A stretch of 64,000 nt of DNA from Candidatus Poseidoniaceae archaeon. Its GTDB lineage: Archaea; Thermoplasmatota; Poseidoniia; Poseidoniales; Poseidoniaceae. Both the position numbers and the translations under genes were made by a program. The DNA lies in the NCBI GenBank assembly GCA_943788295.1, contig CALSPS010000004.1, forward strand, positions 224,540 to 288,539, in the 5' to 3' direction. This document shows, piece by piece, positions 46,042 to 55,736 of the stretch (its first letter is position 1; each line of letters begins with the position of its first letter). The notes under the pieces were generated by a model, which worked only from the letters and a program-made list of their open reading frames with translations, was not told the DNA's origin and made no database searches.

Positions 46042-48645
46042 TTGGCAAACCCTATGGATACTTCCGCACTTGAGGCTAAGATGGCCAACGGTGCAGGATT
46101 GTTCCAGCGCTCGGCCCTCCTCATCCTCATTGTGACGGGTATGATCACGGTTGGCCTCATGGCTCATTTGACCGTCTCCCCTCCGGACTTCAACACCGAC
46201 CTTGGTGATTTTGCACCGGATTCTGAAGCGAAAAAAGCCCACGACCGAATCCACCAACACTTCCCCAATGAAACGCGTCCATTGTTCATCGAAGTGCGTG
46301 CTGATAATGGCAGCAACATTCTTTCTATAGAAAACATGCAAACCATGGATGAACACCTATCAATCATCGAGAATGCTTCAGCAAGGCGCGGTGAAATGAT
46401 CACGGTATGGACCACCGCACCAGGCATCCTACAACTCGCATTGGATGAGGAAGGCGAAGGCGAGGCGCTCACCAACATCTCGTCATGGGCACAGATTCTT
46501 GATTTGATTTTCGAGGATGACACCACGTGCACCATGACCAGCGACGATCAACTGCTTTCGGCGGCAACCTATGCATCATCGGCCTTGCTCAACAAAGACT
46601 TGAGTCTTGATGACACATGCTCCTATCTTGAATCGGGCAATGGCAGTGCAGCCCCATTTGCTTCGACCACCTTGTGGGTCCTTGAGGTGGACCCGGATTT
46701 GGATGAAGAGAATCGAAGGGTCCTCCAAGACCAGTTGCGCGATGAGTTTGCTACCCTCTCTTCGGATTCATCGCTTTCTTACGGAGTCGTTTCACTTGAC
46801 CTTATCTCCTATGACATTGACGAAGGAACCTTCCAAAACTTAGCGCTTCTCATCATCATTGCTCTGTTCGTGGTGGTTGTTCTTCTTGCCCTCGCCTTCC
46901 GCTCGGTACCCGACGTCTTGTTCCCCCTCATCGGGTTATCATCTGCTTTGATTTGGACCTACGGGGTCATGAACCTGCTCGGAGCTAAATTCACCGCCCT
47001 TGAAGTGGCGGTGGCTCCGCTTGTTCTTGGATTAGGAATCGACTATGCCATTCACTTGCAACGCGCCTATGCTGCCATACGAAAGGAACATCAAAACCCA
47101 GCAGAGGCATGGCTTCGTTCGTGTGCCCGCCTCTCGGTTCCATTGCTCCTTGCGGTGGTCACAACCGTTGCGGCTTTCCTTGCGAACATCATTTCTCCGC
47201 TGCCGCCGTTGGCGACCTTTGGATATGCCTTGGCCTTTGGTGTGGTCTGTGCCTTTGTTTCAGCCACTGTGGTTGTTGGTTCCCTTCACGTCGTCGTTCG
47301 ATCATTTGCAGTCAAAGAAGGAACTCAAGCCATCACAATGCCAAAACTTGTCGATCGCATTGTGGCTCTCCAACAAAAGCAACAGGTCGGTGTCCTCTTG
47401 GTCACAATCCTGATTTCTGGAGCATCGGTCTTTGGGGCAGCATCGCTTGAAACTGATTTTGATCTCGGTGACTTTGTTGACCCTGGGATGGAAATCATGG
47501 ACGTCCGAGAGGATTTGGACACCAATTACGACAGTGCGGGCTGGAAACTGCTCTACATTCTTTTCGAACCTGTTGAAGGGGAAAGCACCATTCCTGGTGA
47601 TTCGCTTTTGCTTGAGCAAATTCAAGGCCTCCACACCGATTTGACATCAAATCACGATGTGGTTGGAACCGATGAACGAATTCCCTCACCGGCCTACGAA
47701 GGACCCTATGTTGTTCTGAGAGACGCCATCCTGCGCAACAGCAGTTTCGGAGAAGCCCACAATCTGGAAGTCTTCGACGGTGATGTTTATGTCAAGAATT
47801 CAAGCCTTGGATGCAACTTGGCTGAGGTGTTCTTGCAACTGTCCACGAACACTTCGGTTGCCGATGCAATCAGCGGCGAAACATGGTCGGAGCGCGTGGC
47901 ACAAACTGTGGCCATGGATTCCAATGGCATTACCTTCCTAAGAAACGAGGTCCGCGTCGAAGCCTCAACGTCCACTCAGGCAGAGCGTGTCATCGCCCAG
48001 GTCCAAACTGAACTTGGCTCAACAGATGACCGAGGCACAATGCGTGAGAACCTTGTCGACCACGCCGAACTTCACGTGACCGGTGACTTGGTCATCTTGC
48101 AAACTGTCCTTGACGGTCTAAGCGTCTCCCAACTCAAAACCACCCTCATTTCACTGGTCGTCTCAAGCGTCGTGCTGCTGCTGTTGACCCGCCGAATTTT
48201 ACCAGCCGTCGTCGTGCTGTTCCCTGTGGCCCTTGCTTCGCTTTGGGTTGCTGGTTCAATGGCAGCGCTCGGACTGAAGTGGAACGTGCTGACCGTCATG
48301 GTGACGGCACTGACACTGGGCATCGGCATCGATTACTCAATCCACATGTGGCGGCGCTTCGAGGTTGAACTCGAACGTAGGGACACCCATTGGGAGGCAT
48401 TGCGTGCAGCTTTATCGACCACTGGCGTTGCGCTCATCATGAGCGCACTTACCACCGGATTTGGCTTCCTGGTCCTTCTTTTCTCACCAATGCCCATCAT
48501 CCAAGACTTTGGATTGATCACGGCGGTGACGGTGTTCTTTTCCCTCTTGCTGTCCCTGATTCTTCTGCCAGTCTTGGTTGAACTCTCAGCTCGAAACAAA
48601 GAGCAGGTGCTCGAAGTGAGCGACGGCACCGTCATCGAAGGATGA
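46042..48645 (+). CDS. Second RND-superfamily exporter, MMPL/COG1033-like.
   Basis: 867 aa with a duplicated 6-TM architecture similar to 33696-36608. Confidence 0.7.
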   Translation: MANPMDTSALEAKMANGAGLFQRSALLILIVTGMITVGLMAHLTVSPPDFNTDLGDFAPDSEAKKAHDRIHQHFPNETRPLFIEVRADNGSNILSIENMQTMDEHLSIIENASARRGEMITVWTTAPGILQLALDEEGEGEALTNISSWAQILDLIFEDDTTCTMTSDDQLLSAATYASSALLNKDLSLDDTCSYLESGNGSAAPFASTTLWVLEVDPDLDEENRRVLQDQLRDEFATLSSDSSLSYGVVSLDLISYDIDEGTFQNLALLIIIALFVVVVLLALAFRSVPDVLFPLIGLSSALIWTYGVMNLLGAKFTALEVAVAPLVLGLGIDYAIHLQRAYAAIRKEHQNPAEAWLRSCARLSVPLLLAVVTTVAAFLANIISPLPPLATFGYALAFGVVCAFVSATVVVGSLHVVVRSFAVKEGTQAITMPKLVDRIVALQQKQQVGVLLVTILISGASVFGAASLETDFDLGDFVDPGMEIMDVREDLDTNYDSAGWKLLYILFEPVEGESTIPGDSLLLEQIQGLHTDLTSNHDVVGTDERIPSPAYEGPYVVLRDAILRNSSFGEAHNLEVFDGDVYVKNSSLGCNLAEVFLQLSTNTSVADAISGETWSERVAQTVAMDSNGITFLRNEVRVEASTSTQAERVIAQVQTELGSTDDRGTMRENLVDHAELHVTGDLVILQTVLDGLSVSQLKTTLISLVVSSVVLLLLTRRILPAVVVLFPVALASLWVAGSMAALGLKWNVLTVMVTALTLGIGIDYSIHMWRRFEVELERRDTHWEALRAALSTTGVALIMSALTTGFGFLVLLFSPMPIIQDFGLITAVTVFFSLLLSLILLPVLVELSARNKEQVLEVSDGTVIEG

Positions 48646-49233
48646 TCAATAGACCGAAAGAGCGGCAGTGATGTCGTCCATCGCTAACCCTTGTTCACGG
48701 GCCACTAGGGCAAGACAAATCCAATCGCTTGCGTACGTGAGAGCTTTTGCTTTCCGTTGGGCTCTTCGTTCGACTTCCTCAATTTGCAATTGAGACTGAC
48801 GTGCAATGAATTTGGTAAGCCTTGGCGTCAAGCGTGACCTTGGATCGTCGCTGACCACTGCTTTCACGGCCACAGTGGGTGCCTGTTGTTGAGGTGCAAC
48901 GGGCAGTGGCGTAGAACGGGATTCAGGCGCAATCGACGGAGTTTGGGGCTCAGCACCCTGTGAAACGGGTGATAAAAGACGCGATGGGCGAGGGAACCAG
49001 CCAAGTGGAGAAACGATTCCATTCAACGAAACCGTCGGTGTAAGCGCATCCTCTGGGCCGGTTAACCAACCTGCTGCAATCAAGGCTTGGACCGCTGCTT
49101 CGGCTTCCTCGGGGGAAATCCAACCCATGTCGAAGGACATGATTCGCTCCAAATCTAAGGCGTCGAGTGGCCCGCCTTCTCGGTAACAAATAGCAAGCAC
49201 ACGCAAGACATCGTCCGTGTCTTCCTTGCTCAT
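48646..49233 (-). CDS. Hypothetical protein with two domains joined by a Pro/Gln-rich linker.
   Basis: 195-aa ORF with no family assigned. Confidence 0.4.
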   Translation of the reverse strand: MSKEDTDDVLRVLAICYREGGPLDALDLERIMSFDMGWISPEEAEAAVQALIAAGWLTGPEDALTPTVSLNGIVSPLGWFPRPSRLLSPVSQGAEPQTPSIAPESRSTPLPVAPQQQAPTVAVKAVVSDDPRSRLTPRLTKFIARQSQLQIEEVERRAQRKAKALTYASDWICLALVAREQGLAMDDITAALSVY

Positions 49234-49281
49234 GATGGACTGTGCGCGTCCCTTGTTGAAGAAGGTAAGCCCGAATTTAAC

Positions 49282-52200
49282 TCACTCAATTCGAGTGAAT
49301 GTTTTGTCCTCATTCATCTGCCAGACACCGCATTCTTCGCCTTTGTAGACCGTTTGCTCCATCGCGTAATCATACTCGCCACCAGCCGGTAACTTCGACC
49401 ATTCACTTACAGTGGTACCAATGGATGAACTTCCGCTTTCGCTGGTCGGTTGAATCAGTGCATCAAGGGCTTTCGAGCCATCAACTTCGGCTTCAGGTTC
49501 AGTTTGCGGTTGACGTCCTGGAGGTCCTTTCAGGCCTGCCGGTTTGGGTTTAGGCGTGCTCGACCGCTGGGGTGGGCCTCTGAGTGGCTTGGCCGTTACG
49601 GGTGGCTGTGTCAGTTCAGGCGCATCGACTTCGGGGTCCGAATCGACCGAGCCTCGTCGTCGAAGCAACAGCACCAAGCCCGCCAACCCAACGAGAGAAA
49701 TTCCACCCGCTGCGGCGATGGTTGCGGAACCAAAGCCTGAGGTGCTGGGGGAGAACGATGCGTTCCAAGCGTTGTTGGTTTCGTCCACTTCCCACATCAA
49801 TTGCTCGGCATCGACTTCGACATGGAGGCTCCATGTGCCACTTGGGACGGTGATGGTGCTTCTGAGGGTGGTGGCGGTGTTCATGCCAATTTTTGTGACC
49901 AGTTCGCGTCCGACAAGGGTTCGCTCACCGTCACTCTCAGTGTAGATTGACACGTTAAACGGATCATCGATGGCTTCACCAAGGCTTGCCAATTGAACGG
50001 CGAGTCGCATTGTCTCGCCGGACTCCCGTCCGCCACTTATTTCGACATCAGTGATTGCCAAATCTGGGCCATTGCTGCTTAATGGCAACGTCAACCAAGG
50101 GTCGAGTTCTGAATTTCCACCGTTTGCTGCAAGCGTCCAACCTGCATCGTCCATGCCCGAAGCCCAGCACACAATGCTGGCCTGTGTTGCGAGCGTTGAA
50201 GGATCGCCAAGCGGGCTAAAATCAAACACAAAGGAAAACATCGTTTTGCCATCATAGACCGTTGATGAGGCCTTGCTTTGGCTGGAAATTGGCCAGGAAT
50301 CGCTCAAGGAACGAACCTGGCAATGAAGCGTCAGATTTCCAGACCAGAGGTTCGCTTCTTGGATGTTGGCACCAATTTCAACTTCGCTGAGATGGAATCG
50401 CGAAAAACCACTGCTCAGCGTTGAATCGAGCAGCACTGGTGCCGCTCCATCAATTCTTAGCGTTGGCAGATCGATGGTCAACAACTCCCGAGTGGCATAG
50501 GGGTCCCAAATGCTGAGTTCAGTCTCAAACAACAGTCCAGATCCCAATGGTGCATCAAATTCAATGGAGAGTTGGCCGTCAATGGCTTCACCCGAAGTAC
50601 CACCGCTCCACCGGTCGGTTTGCAATTTGCCGTTCCAATACACGGACACAGGGCCGGTGTAACTTGTGTTGCTCAGTGCATGGTGGATAGAGGCAGTGAG
50701 GCGGATTTGTTCGCCACTTTGTATGCTCCAACCTTCACTCAAATCGCCTTGAACCTCGCCTTCGATGTCCATGAGCGAATCAAGGACAACTTCCATTTCT
50801 GGCTCGTAGGTCCATTGTTCTTCGAAGGTGACGGTTTGAATCCCATCATAGTCTTCGATGACCACATCAATGCGTCCGTCGTTGCTTCCCGGGGTGACAA
50901 AGGTCCAATCAACAACCGCTTTGAACTCGATCACAAGCGTTTCGCCAAGCACGGCGTTGCAGCCTTGTGTGACTTGCATTCGAGCGTCGAGGCCTTCGCA
51001 GGTTCCGAGGTTTGTGTTGTAGCGTAGACCGAGCGTCGGATCGTTACCAAGCAGCATGCTCACACGGGTGATGTCATCGATTTTGTTGGCGTCAGACACT
51101 TCGAGGCGCCATCCAAATTCCTTGGTTGGTTCGAGCCTGATCGGATTCTCTGCATTGCCATTGTCCAAGGCTTCGAGGCTCAATAACTGTCCTTTTGCTG
51201 GTGTGCGGCTTTCCCACCAAAGCGTACCGTCAGCAGCTGATGATGGACCGATGTCGAAGCCGGCGAGGTCTGTGCCCTTCAACCAAATGCGCACCAATTG
51301 ATGGTCGTCGTTGGCGCTTTCATTGACCTCAAGATGAATGGTCCAGTCGTTTCCATCGTTGCTAAAATCAAGTGGATGTGGAACATATTCGCTTGCTTCA
51401 GAAGCACCGTTTCCGGAGGTGTCATGCAGGGCTTCAATCCAAATGAACCCTTGAACCGTAGCGTTTGAAAACCCACCCACATCATGGTAGTGAAGCGAGA
51501 CTTGACGGTTGTTCTCTTCGTTGGTGTACGCTCCATTCATAGGCTCGGTGCTGGTCAACACCGGCGCCTCGTTGTTGATTTCGACGGTTCTGTTTGAGGC
51601 CAACACATTCAATGCTAAATCTTCAGAGGTGCGTGCTTCCAACCAAATTCGAGCATCACCCGAGGTGCCATTTGGAAGCTTGAACTCAATCGACGTTGTC
51701 GAACCGATGTCCAAGGTGGTCCAGACGCCTTGGTAGGAGTAGAACGTTCCACCCGATGCCTCAGTGCTGGTTACATCGATGTTGATTCGTGCTTCGATCA
51801 ATCCATTCAACAAACGAGCACCTGAATTGGTGAAGGTGTGGTCAACGGTTGCGCTCAACGGGGCATCACCGGGGTAAATTTCTCCCTCGCTGACCGAACT
51901 GCCGCCTTGGCTGCTGAAACTCGATGTCATGTCGAGCACCTCAACCGTGAGTTCGTTGTCGATGGATGTGATGGTTGGTGTTGTGTAACTCGTCGTTGCC
52001 GCACCATGGGTTGAGGTGCTCATCTGCAGGTAAGGTGTGCTCAGTCCGTCATTGACGGCAAACGACCAATCAACAACATCGCCGTCAACGCTGGAGGAAT
52101 GTGTTGCCTGAATGTCGGTGGAGCGCAAGATTCCATCGACATCATCAATGCTCAAGGATGAAGCACTCGGGTCGTAGGAAAGAACAGCAGGGTCAAGGCC

Positions 52201-53880
52201 TGTGATGTTGAACCCATCATAGGTCGTCTGCCGGATTGTCAGGCTGTATGTCGATTGGGCATCGTACGCAGAATGGAAACTCTGCACTACGCTGACTTCT
52301 GCGTTTGGATTGAGCACACTGGGCGGTGGTGAGAAAAAGCCTGCTTCCTCAGATCCCACTTCGACATGATGGAGTGTGGGGGTGGCCCATGCGTTGAATT
52401 CAGTGGTTTCAAACACGATTCTGTATTGAATGAGAGAATCGCCCTCCACAGCGTCGGTGATGGTGTGGTTCCCGATGTTGAGCGACTCAGAACTTTGGTT
52501 GGCGCCTAACGGTCGCCATGGGCTGTTGCTGATGTCGTTTTGCGTCGCTCCAGTCTTGTATTGCATGGTGAGTTGCGTGTTGACTGGGGTGATGCCCTCC
52601 AACTCAATCCACAGTGGCGTAGCGCTTGCTGTAAGGCCAGTGCGCAAGTCAAAAATATCCGAGAGCAAGATTCCTGATTGTGAATTGGGGTTCTCGTGCG
52701 AACCCGTGGTGTCCGAATAGGCAGTGCCCCAGTTGCTGAACCGCCAAGCGGATGTGTCGCCACCTGCGTAAACCAACGCACCATCGACGTTGAGCATATC
52801 AAAGTCGTAGAGTGCCGTGTGCAACGGATCATGAGCGTGCAGTTGGCCAGTGATTGGGTTGTAGCCACGAACTTGGTCGTACCTCAAGTTGTTATTCCGG
52901 CCACCGGCAATGACGATCTCATCGTTGTGAACAACGGCTGCATGCGATGAAATTTTGAAGGGTAAATCCGAACCATTGGTCCATGTGTTGGTGACAGGAT
53001 CATAAATTTCAGTGTGGTTTGCAGACTGGGTCGTGGTTTGATTCAATGCAGCATCAAATAAGGTCACAATTCCACCCAAAGCGTACAACTTCCCATCGAA
53101 AGCAACCAACTCAAAGGAATGGCGTGGTGCGCTCATGTTGGCCATGTAATCCCACACGTCAGTGGCGGGATTGTACCTCATGGTGCGGTTGGTCAAGTCT
53201 GATCTGTCCTTCATCCCCACTCCGCCTGCTACATAGATGAAACCGTCGAGGGTGTCCATGCCAGCCAGGCCAACACCCGTCGTAGCGGGCATCGAAGTGC
53301 CGTCCGTCCAGTTGTTGGTTGCAGGGTCGAAGATGTGGACCATCCCATCGCCCATGATGGCAGGTGTTGCATAGGGGTGGTAATCGCCGATGGCGTAGAT
53401 TTTTCCTTGGACAGTCACGCATTCGTGATAGGCTTGAGGCTGTGGTAATGTGTCAGGGTTGGGCGACCAAGTTTGGTTCGCAATATCAAACGTCTCAATG
53501 AAATTCGTGATGTCTTCATCACCGCTCTGACTTGGATTTGGATCGTAGCGTCCACCGATGAGCCAAGCCTCGTCAGTCACGCTGTTGTATTCCAAACAAC
53601 CAGCAGTTCGCCTGAACATCATGCCTGGTGCAGGGGCTGTTTGGAAACTGATGACCGGCCGGTCGAGCATTGGTGTGCCATTGGCGCTGTTGACCGTGAT
53701 GTTTGAGGGTGTGAATCCATCGCTGGCGTTAAATCCGGCAACGACAGCGATCACTGAGGCCTTTTCGTGGTCCTCCACAAGGGGTTCTGCGGCGTCAAGC
53801 ACCCCGCTGTACGGCAGAAGCAACATACCCGCCACCGCCCAAAACACGAAGAGGAAATGACTTGAACTGAGGTTCGCCAT
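49282..53880 (-). CDS. Giant surface protein of about 1530 aa. It has a signal peptide, an N-terminal Kelch/galactose-oxidase-type beta-propeller, a long beta-rich region, a C-terminal TM and a 130-aa cytoplasmic tail.
   Basis: Signal FLFVFWAVAGMLLLP. Kelch repeats include GKIYAIGD, DGFIYVAGG, DGKLYALGG and DEIVIAGG. The TM is GISLVGLAGLVLLL, followed by RRRGS. The tail is Pro-rich and ends EYDYAMEQTVYKGEECGVWQMNEDKTF. Confidence 0.75.
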   Translation of the reverse strand: MANLSSSHFLFVFWAVAGMLLLPYSGVLDAAEPLVEDHEKASVIAVVAGFNASDGFTPSNITVNSANGTPMLDRPVISFQTAPAPGMMFRRTAGCLEYNSVTDEAWLIGGRYDPNPSQSGDEDITNFIETFDIANQTWSPNPDTLPQPQAYHECVTVQGKIYAIGDYHPYATPAIMGDGMVHIFDPATNNWTDGTSMPATTGVGLAGMDTLDGFIYVAGGVGMKDRSDLTNRTMRYNPATDVWDYMANMSAPRHSFELVAFDGKLYALGGIVTLFDAALNQTTTQSANHTEIYDPVTNTWTNGSDLPFKISSHAAVVHNDEIVIAGGRNNNLRYDQVRGYNPITGQLHAHDPLHTALYDFDMLNVDGALVYAGGDTSAWRFSNWGTAYSDTTGSHENPNSQSGILLSDIFDLRTGLTASATPLWIELEGITPVNTQLTMQYKTGATQNDISNSPWRPLGANQSSESLNIGNHTITDAVEGDSLIQYRIVFETTEFNAWATPTLHHVEVGSEEAGFFSPPPSVLNPNAEVSVVQSFHSAYDAQSTYSLTIRQTTYDGFNITGLDPAVLSYDPSASSLSIDDVDGILRSTDIQATHSSSVDGDVVDWSFAVNDGLSTPYLQMSTSTHGAATTSYTTPTITSIDNELTVEVLDMTSSFSSQGGSSVSEGEIYPGDAPLSATVDHTFTNSGARLLNGLIEARINIDVTSTEASGGTFYSYQGVWTTLDIGSTTSIEFKLPNGTSGDARIWLEARTSEDLALNVLASNRTVEINNEAPVLTSTEPMNGAYTNEENNRQVSLHYHDVGGFSNATVQGFIWIEALHDTSGNGASEASEYVPHPLDFSNDGNDWTIHLEVNESANDDHQLVRIWLKGTDLAGFDIGPSSAADGTLWWESRTPAKGQLLSLEALDNGNAENPIRLEPTKEFGWRLEVSDANKIDDITRVSMLLGNDPTLGLRYNTNLGTCEGLDARMQVTQGCNAVLGETLVIEFKAVVDWTFVTPGSNDGRIDVVIEDYDGIQTVTFEEQWTYEPEMEVVLDSLMDIEGEVQGDLSEGWSIQSGEQIRLTASIHHALSNTSYTGPVSVYWNGKLQTDRWSGGTSGEAIDGQLSIEFDAPLGSGLLFETELSIWDPYATRELLTIDLPTLRIDGAAPVLLDSTLSSGFSRFHLSEVEIGANIQEANLWSGNLTLHCQVRSLSDSWPISSQSKASSTVYDGKTMFSFVFDFSPLGDPSTLATQASIVCWASGMDDAGWTLAANGGNSELDPWLTLPLSSNGPDLAITDVEISGGRESGETMRLAVQLASLGEAIDDPFNVSIYTESDGERTLVGRELVTKIGMNTATTLRSTITVPSGTWSLHVEVDAEQLMWEVDETNNAWNASFSPSTSGFGSATIAAAGGISLVGLAGLVLLLRRRGSVDSDPEVDAPELTQPPVTAKPLRGPPQRSSTPKPKPAGLKGPPGRQPQTEPEAEVDGSKALDALIQPTSESGSSSIGTTVSEWSKLPAGGEYDYAMEQTVYKGEECGVWQMNEDKTFTRIE

Positions 53881-54009
53881 GGTGTGGGACTTTGACGGCG
53901 ATTCAAGAGGCTTGCGTGCCCTTGTCTAGTCCATACGTTCTCACATTCTTCATAGAGCCTCGTCAGCAAACACACATGCGACGGCCATAGGTTCATTGGT
54001 AACGAACTG

Positions 54010-55362
54010 TTGCGCCGGGGTGGAGGGCTTCAAATGGTACGTGAATATATTGCGAGAGACCCTCGAACAGGGCTCCCTCTCAACGTTGCAAAAAGCAAGC
54101 GGGTTGAGAAAAAAATACACAATGAAGTTGGCCCATGGGTCAGCATTTCAGACGCCGATGTGCTTCCGCTTGCCTTAGGGCAAACAAGCGAGGTTCAAAC
54201 TCGCTACCTCGATCAAAACCACACACATGGACGGGCCGCTGGGGTTCGTGCGCTTGGCCGGTTCAGCGGAAGCAGGGTGCATGAGGCCCACAAAGCACTC
54301 CTTATCGCCTTCGAGCAAGATGAAGCCACCATCAAGGTCGCCGCCCTCAATGTGTTGCCCGAAATCGCAGTTCGAAAATCGGATGAATTGTTTGATTGGC
54401 TTTCTGTGCTCCTCGATGACGATGATGCTCAGGTTCGTATGGCTGCCAGCCAATGCCTCGCACTGACGGCTCCAGTGTTCCCTTCAGCGGTTGAAACCAT
54501 CCTCGCAAACGAAATGCGTTCCTCAAGCAAGCCAAGGCAAACGGCCGCTTGGCGTGGGCTCAAGTCCTTGTGTGAAACTTGGCCCGAGGTTGTTGTTCAC
54601 CACATCGATACCCTTCTCTTAGAAGACGACCCTGCGTTGCGTCGAAAAGCGGCAGGGCTTCTCAAGAGCGTCGTGGCTCGTGGTGGACCGTCAGTTTGGG
54701 ATTTAATCTCATGGTCTTTGAATGACAATGACGTGGAGGTGCGACGAATATCTGCCCGCACCCTACCAAGTCTAGCCAAGAGGGAATCGAGGATTGCGAC
54801 CGTCTTTGCAGAACGAGCAATGGTTGATTCGGATTCAAAGGTTCGTCTGAGTGGAATCAAAGCCCTCCAATCAATCGACACCGATCATGGGCGTGCAAGG
54901 GAACTTGTCGTCAAGGGGACCTCCTCAAAAGACATCCAAGTTCGCAAGGCGTGCGTCGATTTACTGCCTCGTTTGTTTGGCGAAGATGTGTTGCGAACCA
55001 TGGCCATCGATTTGCTCAAGACCGAAACCGACCCTTCCATCAGCGCCTCGCTCAAAGAGATGATTTTCGACGCATCCATCGAAGGCACCGAAGCTCAGAA
55101 AAACGCTCAATTGGCTCCAGCACCAGCCGTTCCAGCCATCGACAGGGAAATTGCAGAAGCCCATGGGAAACAAGTTGGTTTCGAACCACTCCGCCCAGAT
55201 TCCACTCCGTTGGAGCCAAAGGATGCCGCTCCTAAAGAAACACCAACCACTCCCCCTCAGCCAGCAGCAGGTGCGTACAGGGCTGTGTCCCAGGATGAGA
55301 TGATGGGATACGACGATGAATTTGAGGATGAAGAACCTGAAACGGACGATGAATACTTCTGA
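54010..55362 (+). CDS. HEAT-repeat (PBS lyase-like) protein with an acidic C-terminal tail.
   Basis: Repeated DxxVRxxAaxaL units are present, including DDAQVRMAASQCL, DPALRRKAAGLL, DVEVRRISARTL, DSKVRLSGIKAL and DIQVRKACVDLL. The C-terminus is DEFEDEEPETDDEYF. Confidence 0.65.
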   Translation: MRRGGGLQMVREYIARDPRTGLPLNVAKSKRVEKKIHNEVGPWVSISDADVLPLALGQTSEVQTRYLDQNHTHGRAAGVRALGRFSGSRVHEAHKALLIAFEQDEATIKVAALNVLPEIAVRKSDELFDWLSVLLDDDDAQVRMAASQCLALTAPVFPSAVETILANEMRSSSKPRQTAAWRGLKSLCETWPEVVVHHIDTLLLEDDPALRRKAAGLLKSVVARGGPSVWDLISWSLNDNDVEVRRISARTLPSLAKRESRIATVFAERAMVDSDSKVRLSGIKALQSIDTDHGRARELVVKGTSSKDIQVRKACVDLLPRLFGEDVLRTMAIDLLKTETDPSISASLKEMIFDASIEGTEAQKNAQLAPAPAVPAIDREIAEAHGKQVGFEPLRPDSTPLEPKDAAPKETPTTPPQPAAGAYRAVSQDEMMGYDDEFEDEEPETDDEYF

Positions 55363-55398
55363 TGTTCATTCGAATGGCTCGATGTTCTCACACAAACC

Positions 55399-55671
55399 AT
55401 GTCGGCATTGTTAAGAAGGGAGCATCAGTGGCCGGAGTGCTTAGAGGTGTTTATGATGAGTTCAGGCGCATTTAATGACAAGGAAGAACAGTTCGACCGT
55501 TTGTGGGATGGAATCACCCCTAAAGGGATCAACCGCAACAAGTCGCTCAAGTTCCGACAATATATTCTCGAACACGTTCGACAGACTAAGCGCCCTATGA
55601 ATCGTGAGAACGCCCGCAAATACTGGATGGGCATTCTCCAACAAGAAATCGCAGAGCGCGACAATTACTGA
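55399..55671 (+). CDS. Small hypothetical protein.
   Basis: 90-aa ORF with no motifs. Confidence 0.3.
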   Translation: MSALLRREHQWPECLEVFMMSSGAFNDKEEQFDRLWDGITPKGINRNKSLKFRQYILEHVRQTKRPMNRENARKYWMGILQQEIAERDNY

Positions 55672-55736
55672 TTCAATTCGATTGGGTTGCCACCGTCTCG
55701 GCGACCCACTCGCACAACCGAGACGGAGATGATACC

